NCBI GenBank assembly: GCA_963761335.1
Contig: CAVXGR010000024.1
Coordinates: 182,628 to 246,627, forward strand
Direction: 5' to 3'
Source of the DNA: an uncultured delta proteobacterium
Lineage (GTDB): Bacteria > Desulfobacterota > Binatia > HRBIN30 > BPIQ01
Length of the DNA: 64,000 bases
Positions 1-8,802 of this stretch are shown here, in pieces. Position numbers and translations under genes: made by a program. Each line of letters begins with the position of its first letter. The first letter of the stretch is position 1. The notes beneath the pieces were generated by a model, which was given only the letters and a program-made list of their open reading frames with translations, was not told the DNA's origin and ran no database searches.

Positions 1-497
1 CGTCCGAGGGAGAGCTGACGCGCGTGCGAGCGAGGCTGGTGAACACCGTGGCGCTGGCGCGCAAGGCGCGTGAGGTCGGTGTTGCCGATCTGATGATTCT
101 CGGCCGCGGGGAGGAGAAGAGCGGTGGTCGCCACAAGGCGTCGATTCTCGCGGGCACCCTGGAGGCGGTGCTCGGGGCGCTCTTTCTCGATGGCGATTTC
201 GCCGCTGCCCGTCAGGTGGTGGAGAAGATCTTCGCCGTTGATGCCCGCGGCGTTTCGCCCGCAGAGGAAGACCCGAAGACGTCGCTGCAGGAGCTGACGC
301 AGCGGCTCTTCCGCTGTCTACCCGTGTATGCGACCCTGAGCGTCGAAGGGCCGGATCACGCCCGCGACTTCGTCGTCGAGGTGACGGTGGACGGCCGGGT
401 GATGGGGTGCGGATCGGGGCGCAGCAAGCGGCTGGCGGCACAGGCCGCGGCCCGCCAGGCTCTGGAGGCTTTGCGCCTGCCGGCGGAAAACGATTGA
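1..497 (+). CDS. rnc: Ribonuclease III (5'-truncated by window edge)
   Basis: SEGELTRVRARLVN...LEAVLGALFLD RNase III region followed by dsRBD (DPKTSLQE...GPDH...GRSKRLA). Confidence 0.95.
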   Translation, partial: SEGELTRVRARLVNTVALARKAREVGVADLMILGRGEEKSGGRHKASILAGTLEAVLGALFLDGDFAAARQVVEKIFAVDARGVSPAEEDPKTSLQELTQRLFRCLPVYATLSVEGPDHARDFVVEVTVDGRVMGCGSGRSKRLAAQAAARQALEALRLPAEND

Positions 498-519
498 GCT
501 ACGAGCGAGGAGAGCGGAG

Positions 520-1650
520 GTGAGCCAGAGGGTACTCGTCGTCTTCGGCACCCGGCCGGAGGCCATCAAGCTGGCCCCGGTGGTCGAGGCGCTGCGCGCC
601 GAGAAGGGGATCGAGGTGGTGGTATGCGTCACCGCGCAGCACCGCGAGATGCTCGACCAGGTGCTGCGCATCTTCTCGCTGCGGCCCGACCACGACCTGA
701 ATCTCATGCGCGCCGGCCAGGATCTGTTCGACGTCACCGCCGGCGCCCTGACGGCGTTGCGGCCGGTGATTGCCGAGGTGAAGCCCGCTGCCCTGGTGGT
801 GCAGGGCGATACGACGACGACGCTGGCCGCGGCCCTGGCGGCGTTCTACTCGCACGTTGCCGTCGCTCACGTCGAGGCGGGCCTGCGAACCGGCGACAAG
901 CGGCGCCCGTTTCCGGAGGAGATCAACCGGCGCCTCACCACGCACCTGGCCGACTGGCATTTTCCGCCCACCGACTGGGCGCGCGAGAACCTGCTGCGCG
1001 AAGGCGTTGCCGAGGATCGCGTCTTCGTCACCGGCAACACCGGCATCGACGCGCTCCTCGAGCTCGTGGAGCGCATCGACAGCGGTGCGGTTCAACCGTC
1101 GCTGCCTGCTTCCATCGCTCCGGCGCTCGACGGGCGGCGGCGCCTGATCCTGGTGACCGGACACCGGCGAGAGAGCTTCGGCGCCGGCTTCGAGAACATC
1201 TGCCTGGCGCTGCGGGCGGTCGCCGAGCGGCACCCCGACGTGGCGATCGTCTACCCGGTGCATCTCAACCCCAACGTGCAGGAGCCGGTCCGTCGCCATC
1301 TCGGATCGCTCGAGGGCGTCTATCTCACCGAGCCGCTCGACTATCTGCCCTTCGTGGCGTTGATGAAGCGCGCCCATTTGATCGTTACCGACTCCGGCGG
1401 CGTGCAGGAAGAGGCGCCATCGCTCGGCAAGCCGGTGCTGGTCATGCGCGACACCACCGAGCGCCCCGAGGGCGTGCGCGCCGGCGTCGCCCGCCTCGTC
1501 GGGCCGCACACCGACCGCATCGTCGCCGCCGTGGAGGAGCTGCTGACCGACGAGTCCAGCTACCGCGCCATGGCGCAGAAGCAGAACCCCTACGGCGACG
1601 GCCACGCCGCGGCGCGCATCGCGCGCGTCCTCGCGGAGAAGCTCAGGTGA
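520..1650 (+). CDS. wecB: UDP-N-acetylglucosamine 2-epimerase (non-hydrolysing)
   Basis: GTRPEAIK, HVEAGLRT, PEEINR, DSGGVQEEAP, NPYGDG motifs. Confidence 0.96.
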   Translation: MSQRVLVVFGTRPEAIKLAPVVEALRAEKGIEVVVCVTAQHREMLDQVLRIFSLRPDHDLNLMRAGQDLFDVTAGALTALRPVIAEVKPAALVVQGDTTTTLAAALAAFYSHVAVAHVEAGLRTGDKRRPFPEEINRRLTTHLADWHFPPTDWARENLLREGVAEDRVFVTGNTGIDALLELVERIDSGAVQPSLPASIAPALDGRRRLILVTGHRRESFGAGFENICLALRAVAERHPDVAIVYPVHLNPNVQEPVRRHLGSLEGVYLTEPLDYLPFVALMKRAHLIVTDSGGVQEEAPSLGKPVLVMRDTTERPEGVRAGVARLVGPHTDRIVAAVEELLTDESSYRAMAQKQNPYGDGHAAARIARVLAEKLR

Positions 1651-1655
1651 ACCGG

Positions 1656-1877
1656 TTCTCCATTCTCATCCCCGGTTCTCATCCCGTCGTTTTCCGTTCG
1701 CTCTGACAGGCGCAACTGACCCGCAGCACACGCTCTCGCTCCGCCGCGATCGACGGTAGCCGGGGGGTTGAAGGTAGAAGCGCCGTCCCGGCGCTTTCGA
1801 AGCGGCGAGACGCCGCTTCTACTTGGCCCGCGGGCCGCGAAAACGACGGGATGAGACCCGGGAATGGGAATGGAGAA
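1656..1877. repeat. Inverted-repeat element family A, copy 1 (contains nested GTAG REP pair)
   Basis: Left arm TTCTCCATTCTCATCCCCGGTTCTCATCCCGTCGTTTTC; right arm GAAAACGACGGGATGAGACCCGGGAATGGGAATGGAGAA; four more copies in window. Confidence 0.85.
1774..1822. repeat. GTAG-type REP doublet (REPIN-like), family B copy 1
   Basis: GTAG+hairpin AAGCGCCGTCCCGGCGCTT and inverted AAGCGGCGAGACGCCGCTT+CTAC; near-identical reverse complement at 56053-56102. Confidence 0.8.
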
Positions 1878-1886
1878 TCCCGCACG

Positions 1887-1915
1887 TTGACTTTGATACA
1901 CAACGCGGTTATAAA
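1887..1915 (+). promoter_or_regulatory. Predicted sigma70 promoter
   Basis: TTGACT-N17-TATAAA, near consensus, in an AT-richer patch upstream of 2017. Confidence 0.75.
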
Positions 1916-2016
1916 GCGTTTGTCCCAAACCCGGTCCAGCAGACATCACCCGCTCGGCCGGATTTTTTTTAGGATGGGAGCTGGGCTACGGATCCACCCT
2001 GTCTGAGGAGAAACGA

Positions 2017-2190
2017 ATGGCTGAGAAGAAGGCAAAGACAGCCCAAAAGGGAGCGGACGTGCAGCAGAACAAGAAGGCTTGTCCGACCTGCGGCGCCGAG
2101 AGCCGGGTGACGTACTTCACCGGTCACGGGCGCAAGGGCTTTTTCTGGGTTTGCGAGAAGACCTGCGGATATATGGAGCGGACTCGCTAG
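2017..2190 (+). CDS. 57-aa small zinc-ribbon protein (not in ORF track)
   Basis: GAGGAG RBS; MAEKKAKTAQKGADVQQNKKACPTCGAESRVTYFTGHGRKGFFWVCEKTCGYMERTR with CPxCG and CxxxC. Confidence 0.8.
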   Translation: MAEKKAKTAQKGADVQQNKKACPTCGAESRVTYFTGHGRKGFFWVCEKTCGYMERTR

Positions 2191-2208
2191 GAGTTGCAGG
2201 AGCGATAC

Positions 2209-2580
2209 ATGGGTCGTACGGCGAAGAAATCGAGCAACAAGGCGTCGGCGAAGAAGCGTTACAGCATCCTCGACGAGGACGAGCGCGGCGAAGAGCAGGA
2301 AGAAGGCGATCTGCCAAAGGACGAGGCGGGGCGGCGCAAGATCAAGCGGCAGTACGAGGATCTTCTCAACATTCGCATCGAGAAGCTGAAGGGTCGCATC
2401 CTCAATCGCGAGCGCATCAACAAGACGATCGAGGGCGTCTACTTCATCTGCGCGGAGTGCAAGAAGGTCTGCCACAACATGGATGACGGGCTGGTCGAGG
2501 ATCCCAACAACGTGAACAACCTCTGCGGCGCCTGCGCCAAGGGCAAGGGCGGCAAGGGCGGCAAGCAGGCCGCCGCCTAG
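2209..2580 (+). CDS. DksA/TraR-like C4 zinc-finger protein (divergent)
   Basis: AGGAG RBS; charged helical N-half then IEGVYFICAEC...P...LCGACA resembling the DksA/TraR Zn finger. Confidence 0.6.
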   Translation: MGRTAKKSSNKASAKKRYSILDEDERGEEQEEGDLPKDEAGRRKIKRQYEDLLNIRIEKLKGRILNRERINKTIEGVYFICAECKKVCHNMDDGLVEDPNNVNNLCGACAKGKGGKGGKQAAA

Positions 2581-3551
2581 CTCCTCGATCGAAAGGACGC
2601 GGCGCGGCGCCGGGTCCACGGCTTCCGGCTGGCGAAGTCGTGCAGCACGCGCCGGAGATCTTCCGGCAGCGGGCTCTCGACGGTGAGCGGCTCGGCGGTC
2701 ACCGGGTGGCGGATCTCGATCCGCGAGGCGTGCAGGACCTGCCGCGGGATGTCGCGCGGCGCGGCCTGGGTGCCGCCGTAGAGCGCGTCTCCAAGCACCG
2801 GGTGTCCGATGAAGGCCAGATGGGCACGGATCTGGTGCATGACGCCGCTGCGGATGGTGACCCGCAGAAGCGTGGCGCGGCTGTCGTAGCGGATCTCCGG
2901 CCGGTACAGAGTCTGCGCCGGCCGCGCCTCGAGCGCCGCCTCGGCTTCCGCCGTGCGGCACACGCGTACCCGACCGCGATGCCTGCGGTCGTGGGCAATG
3001 GGGTTGTCGATGCTGCCGGCCTGGGTCACGTCGCCCGCGACCAGCGTCAGGTACTCTTTCTTCACCTCGTGTCTGGAGAACTGCCGGCGGAGCACGGCAT
3101 ACGCCGCGGGCGTTCGCGCCGCGAGGATGACGCCGGAGGTGTCGCGGTCGAGCCGATGCACCAGGCCGGCCTCCAGAGCCGAGCTGCCGGCTGGCGCGGT
3201 GGCTGGATCGTGGGCCACCAGGAAGCTGGCGACGCTGCGAACCTCCCCCTGCCGCAGCGCTGCGCTCGGCAGCCCCGCCGGCTTGTCGAGGGCGATGATC
3301 GCCTCGTCCTCGAAGAGGATGGCAATCCTCAGCCGGGGGTTCGGAGCGGCCTGCCGCGCCTGCGCCATGGCGTCGGGAACGGTCACCACGTCTCCGGCCC
3401 GCAGCGCGGCGCTGCGCCGCGCCGGGTGGCCGTTGAGGCGGAGCTCGTCTTCCTGGGCCCGCAGGGCGCGGCGAGAGACGAAGGGGAGATGCTGTGCGAG
3501 AAAGCGGTCGAGGCGCATTCCGGCTGCCTCGACGGGTACGGTCACGTCCAT
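2577..3551 (-). CDS. RluA-family pseudouridine synthase with S4 domain
   Basis: RLDRFL S4 start, DKPAGL, VHRLDRDTSG, HQIRAHL, GHPVLGDALYG, LHAS. Confidence 0.93.
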   Translation of the reverse strand: MDVTVPVEAAGMRLDRFLAQHLPFVSRRALRAQEDELRLNGHPARRSAALRAGDVVTVPDAMAQARQAAPNPRLRIAILFEDEAIIALDKPAGLPSAALRQGEVRSVASFLVAHDPATAPAGSSALEAGLVHRLDRDTSGVILAARTPAAYAVLRRQFSRHEVKKEYLTLVAGDVTQAGSIDNPIAHDRRHRGRVRVCRTAEAEAALEARPAQTLYRPEIRYDSRATLLRVTIRSGVMHQIRAHLAFIGHPVLGDALYGGTQAAPRDIPRQVLHASRIEIRHPVTAEPLTVESPLPEDLRRVLHDFASRKPWTRRRAASFRSRS

Positions 3552-3620
3552 CGTCCTCTCAGGGTAGCAGTGTCGGGTCGGCGGGAGAATGCGCGGGCGG
3601 CCGTGTCGAGGGCCGCCCCG

Positions 3621-4418
3621 CTATCCCTGTAGGTTTTCGACCACCAGGTCTGCCACCTGTGACGAGAAGATCAGGCTCGCGTGGCCGAGGTCGCGCAGCT
3701 GGATGTTGAAGGCGCGCGGATAGTAGGCGTTCTCCGGTGGCAGAACGACGGCGTCGAAATGCGACTGGATGGCGACGATATCGATCTCGTCCGGCAGCGA
3801 AGCCTGCGCCCGCAGCTCGGCGATACAGGCGGACAGTGGGTGGAGATCCGCGAGCGGCGAGCGGCGCGGCGCCAGCCAGGTCCCCTGATGGGCCGTGCCG
3901 ATGGTGATCAGCTTGCCGAGCTCGACGCCGCGGCGGGCCGCGGCCCAGCGCCGAGCCACCAGGCCGCCGGTGCCGCAGGCCACCAGGCTGACCTCGCGGG
4001 GCTCGGCCCGCTGTAGCTCGGCGAGATACAGAGCCAGCGCCGCGGCAGCGCGGCCGACGCCGAGCAGCGGTCCGCGAAACGCGTACACCTCGTAGCCCCG
4101 ATCCGCGAGACGGCGGGCGAGGGGCCGCAGGGCGCCCCGGTTCAGCAGCAGGCCGGGGACCAGGACCACTCTGCCGGCGGTGCCGGACGTCGGCGGAAAG
4201 CCGAGTGGGGCCAGCGGCATGGCACCCAGGGCGGCGAGGCTCGCGGCGCACTCGCGGGAGAAGGCAAAGGCGGCGTGCAGCGGCGTCAGCGGATCCTCCG
4301 CCTCGCCCGGGCAGGCGTCCGGGTCGCGATGGGTCCACTGGCGCCGGGCGTAGAGAACGGCATTGGCGCTGAGCGAGGCGGCGGCGCAGAGACAGACCGC
4401 GAGCACGAGCCAGTTCAT
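3621..4418 (-). CDS. Lipase-like alpha/beta hydrolase with N-terminal TM (nucleophile elbow degenerate)
   Basis: VVLVPG, ITIGTAHQGT, DAVV, GHASL; usual GHSxGG reads ACGTGG; start placed at MNWLVLAV. Confidence 0.75.
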   Translation of the reverse strand: MNWLVLAVCLCAAASLSANAVLYARRQWTHRDPDACPGEAEDPLTPLHAAFAFSRECAASLAALGAMPLAPLGFPPTSGTAGRVVLVPGLLLNRGALRPLARRLADRGYEVYAFRGPLLGVGRAAAALALYLAELQRAEPREVSLVACGTGGLVARRWAAARRGVELGKLITIGTAHQGTWLAPRRSPLADLHPLSACIAELRAQASLPDEIDIVAIQSHFDAVVLPPENAYYPRAFNIQLRDLGHASLIFSSQVADLVVENLQG

Positions 4419-4425
4419 CTCCGGG

Positions 4426-4454
4426 GGCTTAACCCGGAGAGGCGCAGGGCGCAA
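4426..4454 (-). promoter_or_regulatory. Predicted sigma70 promoter for hydrolase (likely leaderless)
   Basis: Minus strand TTGCGC-N17-TAAGCC, 7 nt before ATG 4418; -35 lies 15 bp from MITE end. Confidence 0.45.
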
Positions 4455-4469
4455 TTCCCCGACATTTTC

Positions 4470-4721
4470 GAGTACTGCCCTGAGTCGGGGAACATGCCCC
4501 AATGACAACGACTGCGGTTGTCTTCACGACGGTGCGAGCGCGGGTTCCCTCTCTCCCGCATCTTCTCGCGGGAGAGGGTGGGGGCGCCGATCTCTTTGAA
4601 CGTCGCAGAAATCATACACTCTCGATCCTCTCCCCGCGGAAAAAAATGCGGGGAGAGGAGACCTTTCCCGGAGCCGGGGAAGCACAACAGGAAGGTCGGA
4701 TCGGCAATTTAGACACCACCC
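4470..4721. mobile_element. MITE copy 1 (252 bp) with 6-bp TSD ATTTTC
   Basis: Ends GAGTACTGCCCTG...TTAGACACCACCC; ATTTTC at 4464-4469 and 4722-4727; highly similar to 38984-39259. Confidence 0.85.
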
Positions 4722-4878
4722 ATTTTCGGTTCTCATTTTCGGTTCTCATTTTCGGTTCTCATCCCGTCGTCTTCCATTCGCTCTGGCAGCTGCGACTAAC
4801 CCGCAGCTGACCGGATCTCACGCGGCTCGCAGAACAATGGAAAACGACGGAATGAGAACCGGGAATGATGGAATGGAG
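4722..4878. repeat. Family A inverted-repeat element, copy 2
   Basis: (ATTTTCGGTTCTC)x3-ATCCCGTCGTCTTCCATT...AATGGAAAACGACGGAATGAGAACCGGG. Confidence 0.8.
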
Positions 4879-4948
4879 ACGGAGGCTGCTTGGAAGCCGC
4901 GCCCTCCCGGTTGCTTTTTCCCCGGCCTCTCGCCCATCATCCGCGGCG

Positions 4949-6034
4949 ATGACGAGACGGGGTGCCGACTTCGCGGTGATCATGGCTGGAGGGCAGGGCA
5001 CGCGCTTCTGGCCGTGGAGCCGGCGCAAACGCCCGAAGCAGCTGCTGCCGATCGCCGGGCGGCGCACGCTGTTGCAGGAGACGGTGGGCCGCCTGCGCGG
5101 CCTGGTCTCGCTCAAGCGGACACTGGTGGTGACCGGGGCGGCGCATGCCGCCGCGGTGCGCCGCCAGCTGCCGTCACTGTCCCCGGCCAACCTCATCGTC
5201 GAGCCCGCGGGGCGCAACACGGCGCCGTGCATCGGCTTGGCCGCGGCCGCGATTGCGGCACGCAGCCGCGATGGGGCGATGCTGGTTCTGCCGGCGGATC
5301 ACAACATCGCCGATGCCCCCGGGTTTCGCGCCGCGGCGGCGCGCGCCCTGGAGATCGCCCGCCGCCAGGACTGCCTGGTCACCCTCGGCGTGCGACCGAC
5401 GTATGCGGAGACCGGCTACGGCTACATCGAGGTCGGCGCCGAGCTCGACGGCGGGGCGCCGCGGGCCTTCGATGTGCGGCGCTTTCACGAGAAGCCGGAG
5501 CGCCGCGTCGCCGAGAGATACGTTTCCGGCGGCGGCTACCTGTGGAACGCCGGCATGTTCGCCTGGCGCGTCGAGGTGATCGATGCGGCCCTGCGCCGCT
5601 ACCTCCCCGAGGTCGCTGCGGCGCTGGCGCCGGTGCGCGCCGCCGCCGGCGAAGGGGCGCGGCGCCGCGCCGTCCGCCGCGCCTATGCCGCCATCGCCTC
5701 GATATCGATCGACAAGGGTGTCATGGAGCGCACCGAGGGGGTCGCCGTGGTCGAGGCCGACTTCGGCTGGAGCGACGTCGGCAGCTGGGACGCCATGCCG
5801 GCGGTGTGGGGCACCGACGCCAGCGGCAATGCCCTGCGCGGCGAGGTGGTGGCCATCGACAGCACCGGCTCGGTGGTGCGCGGTGGCCGGCGAATGGTGG
5901 CGCTCCTCGGCGTGCGCGACCTGGTGGTGGTCGACACCGACGATGCGATCCTCGTGTGCCGCCGGGAGAACGCCCAGGAAGTGCGCCGGGTCGTCGAAGA
6001 GCTCGCCCGCCGCAAGCGGCTCGACCTCCTCTGA
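4949..6034 (+). CDS. Mannose-1-phosphate guanylyltransferase
   Basis: VIMAGGQGTRFWPWSR..PKQ, EPAGRNTAP, PADH, TGYGYI, FHEKP, WNAGMF, SIDKGVME, WSDVGSW. Confidence 0.93.
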   Translation: MTRRGADFAVIMAGGQGTRFWPWSRRKRPKQLLPIAGRRTLLQETVGRLRGLVSLKRTLVVTGAAHAAAVRRQLPSLSPANLIVEPAGRNTAPCIGLAAAAIAARSRDGAMLVLPADHNIADAPGFRAAAARALEIARRQDCLVTLGVRPTYAETGYGYIEVGAELDGGAPRAFDVRRFHEKPERRVAERYVSGGGYLWNAGMFAWRVEVIDAALRRYLPEVAAALAPVRAAAGEGARRRAVRRAYAAIASISIDKGVMERTEGVAVVEADFGWSDVGSWDAMPAVWGTDASGNALRGEVVAIDSTGSVVRGGRRMVALLGVRDLVVVDTDDAILVCRRENAQEVRRVVEELARRKRLDLL

Positions 6035-6131
6035 ATCGGGGATAGTGGGTCATGAGACCTTGCGGTTCAGCGCCGCCGCCGGCGCGGATCTGTGCTATGG
6101 TCGGCGGCGTTTCAGTTCGGGAGATGTGAGG

Positions 6132-8738
6132 ATGAGCAAACCAGCCCTGCGCGTGATCACCGGCGGCAAGCCGCCGCCGCGGCCGCAGCCGTCGATGAAC
6201 CTCTTCATGTCGCTGCTGTGCCGCTGGGTGATGGCGCAAGTGCGCCTGGAGCCCGAGGCGGTGGCGCGGCTGCGGAGCCTGAACGAGCAGGGGGCTGCCG
6301 TCTACGTGATGCGCTATCGCTCGCTGGTCGACTACCTCCTGGTCACCTACCTGCTCATGCGCGAGGGCCTCCCGGCTCCCGAGTTCGGCAACGAGATTCC
6401 CACGCTGCTGCTGCGGCCCCTCGGCGAGATCGTCTCGACCCTGTGGCGCCGGCTGCGCGCCTGGAAGTTCTTCGGCCGTGAGCTGCGGCGCTTCGAGGAC
6501 CGCGACCGCTGCCAGCGGCTGGTGGCGCAGAGCCGACCGGTCGTCATCTTCATACGCCATCGCGCCGCCGGGATGCGCTGGCCGCGGCGCTCGCGCCGGG
6601 CGATTCGCGAGCGCCGCCGTGGCTCCGACTACCTCCGCGAGGTGGTGCACAGCCTCTGGCAGCGGGATCAGCGGGTCTTCCTCGTGCCTCTGGCAGTGAT
6701 TCGCGGCAAGGGATTCCGCCGCCGGGAGTCGCGCATCGCCACGCTTCTCTACAGCGTGCAGGAGGCGCCGGGAGAGGCCAAGCGCCTCTTCTCCCTCGCC
6801 TGGAACCGCGAGGACTCGCAGCTCAGCGTCGGCACCGAGATTCCGCTGCGGGAGTTCATGGAGCTGCACCGCCAGGAGGGCGAGGAGCGCATCGTGCGGC
6901 GGCTGGCGCGGGCTCTGCAGATCTTCTTGCACCGCGAGGAACGCGTGGTGTGGGGGCCGACGCTGCTGCCCAAGCGCGAGGTGCGCCAGCAGGTATTGCA
7001 GGGAGCCGATCTGGCCGCCGTGGTTCGCCAGGTGGCGCGCCAGCGCAAGGAGCCGGAATCGAAGGTGTGGCGCACGGCGGAGCGCTACTTCGACGAGATG
7101 GCGGCCAACTTCCACGGCCCGTACTTCACCATCCTCGAGTACGCCTTCAACCGCATCTGGCCGCGCGTCTTTCAGGGCCTGGAGTACAGCGGCCTGGAGC
7201 GGGTCATCGAGTGCGTCAAGAAGGGGCCCGTGGTGCTGGTGCCGTGTCACCGCAGCCACTTCGACTACCTGATCCTCTCCTACATCTTTCACAACAACTA
7301 TCTGAGCCCGCCGCACATCGCCGCCGGCATCAACCTGTCCTTCTGGCCGCTGGGGCCCCTGTTCCGCGGCGCCGGAGCCTTCTTCATCCGCCGCTCCTTC
7401 GAGGGCAACCCGCTCTACAAGGCCGTCTTTCGCAGCTATCTCACCTTCTTGATCCGCGAGGGCTACACCCAGGAGTTCTTCATCGAAGGGGGTCGCAGCC
7501 GCACCGGGAAGATCCTCACCCCGAAGCTCGGGATGCTGTCGGCGATCGTCAACACCTTCGTCGAGGGCGTGCGCCGCGATCTCTACCTGGTGCCGGTGTC
7601 GATCCACTATGGGCGCGTCGTCGAAGACGAGTCCTACTCCCGCGAGCTCTCGGGGGCCGAGAAGGAAGAGGAATCGCTCGGGACGCTCATCAAGGCGCGC
7701 GCCGTCCTGCGCCAGCGCTACGGCACCGCCTATGTGACCTTTGCCGAGCCGATCTCGCTCAACACCGCCCTCGGGGCGCGCAAGGAGCAGTATCGCCAGG
7801 CGAAGGGCAACCCCGTCGTCGAAGAGGATCAGCGGCGGTTCATCCGCAAGCTCGGCTTCCGGCTCCTGCGCGACGTCAACGAGGCAACGGTGGTGGGTGC
7901 CACCTCGGTCAGCTCTACCGTGCTGCTCAGCTCGCCGTACCCGGCAACCCGTTCGGCCGATTTTCTCATGGCCGCGCAGGCGCTGGTGCGCTTTCTGCGC
8001 GACCGCGGCGTGCCGCTCACCGCCTCGCTGGAGCGCAATTCCGCCGAGGACTTTCGCGAGAGCATCGGCTTCCTGGAGAGCGGCGGCCTGATCCAGCGCA
8101 TCCCCGACGTCGAGGCGCCGGTGCTCTACGTGCCGCCGCAGAAGCGCATGATTCTCGATTTCTACAAGAACAACAGCATCCACGCCTTTCTGCTGGCGTC
8201 GCTGCTGGCGCGTGGCCTGGTGGCCGGGATCCGCGGCCCGGCTCTGAAGGACGATGTCTCCTGGTGGCTGGACATGTTCCGCTGGGAGTTTGCCCTGCCG
8301 GAGCGGGAGGACCTGGCCGCCGAGCTCGGAGAGCTTCTCGAGTACTTTCGCTCCCACGGCGTTCTCGCCGTGGGCGACGGCGAATCGGTGGACGCGGGCC
8401 ACCCACTCGTGCGCGCCACCCTGGGGTTGGTCGACAACTTCCAGGAAGCGTACTGGGTGGCGGCGCGCACCCTGCTCGAAGTGGAGCGGCCGACGTCGCG
8501 CAAGGCGGTGATCGACCGCATGCGCAAGCGCTACGAGACCTCGTTGCTGCTCGGCGAGGTGCGCAAGCCGGAGGGCAACTCGACGGTGACGCTGGGCAAC
8601 GCCCTCGATCGCTTCCGCGAGATGGGACTGATCAGCATTCAGGACGCCGCCAAGAGCCGCGACCGCACCGTGCGCCCGGGGGCGGCATGGTCGGATCTGG
8701 CCGGCGTCATCGCCCATCTGTCGCCCCAAACTCCCTGA
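6132..8738 (+). CDS. plsB: Glycerol-3-phosphate acyltransferase (PlsB-type)
   Basis: PCHRSHFDY (HxxxxD), GAFFIRRSF, FFIEGGRSRTGK. Confidence 0.88.
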   Translation: MSKPALRVITGGKPPPRPQPSMNLFMSLLCRWVMAQVRLEPEAVARLRSLNEQGAAVYVMRYRSLVDYLLVTYLLMREGLPAPEFGNEIPTLLLRPLGEIVSTLWRRLRAWKFFGRELRRFEDRDRCQRLVAQSRPVVIFIRHRAAGMRWPRRSRRAIRERRRGSDYLREVVHSLWQRDQRVFLVPLAVIRGKGFRRRESRIATLLYSVQEAPGEAKRLFSLAWNREDSQLSVGTEIPLREFMELHRQEGEERIVRRLARALQIFLHREERVVWGPTLLPKREVRQQVLQGADLAAVVRQVARQRKEPESKVWRTAERYFDEMAANFHGPYFTILEYAFNRIWPRVFQGLEYSGLERVIECVKKGPVVLVPCHRSHFDYLILSYIFHNNYLSPPHIAAGINLSFWPLGPLFRGAGAFFIRRSFEGNPLYKAVFRSYLTFLIREGYTQEFFIEGGRSRTGKILTPKLGMLSAIVNTFVEGVRRDLYLVPVSIHYGRVVEDESYSRELSGAEKEEESLGTLIKARAVLRQRYGTAYVTFAEPISLNTALGARKEQYRQAKGNPVVEEDQRRFIRKLGFRLLRDVNEATVVGATSVSSTVLLSSPYPATRSADFLMAAQALVRFLRDRGVPLTASLERNSAEDFRESIGFLESGGLIQRIPDVEAPVLYVPPQKRMILDFYKNNSIHAFLLASLLARGLVAGIRGPALKDDVSWWLDMFRWEFALPEREDLAAELGELLEYFRSHGVLAVGDGESVDAGHPLVRATLGLVDNFQEAYWVAARTLLEVERPTSRKAVIDRMRKRYETSLLLGEVRKPEGNSTVTLGNALDRFREMGLISIQDAAKSRDRTVRPGAAWSDLAGVIAHLSPQTP

Positions 8739-8802
8739 CCGTGCGGTGAATACGGATCAATTGACTTCCGCGGCGGCTTGTCCATATCCTCACGTATAAG
8801 TC

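Noticed and set aside
2209..2580. Assigning the symbol dksA
   Set aside because: Lacks canonical DxxDxA tip; only the Zn-finger region resembles DksA/TraR.
4419..4948. Small ORFs and N-terminal extensions in this gap (also 38773-39132, 41488-41766)
   Set aside because: Translations of repeat/MITE sequence that recur at each repeat copy (GSHPVVF, ENDGMRTG).
5583..6131. Upstream extension of the first PlsB ORF (1051 aa)
   Set aside because: Overlaps the guanylyltransferase in another frame; start placed at 6132.
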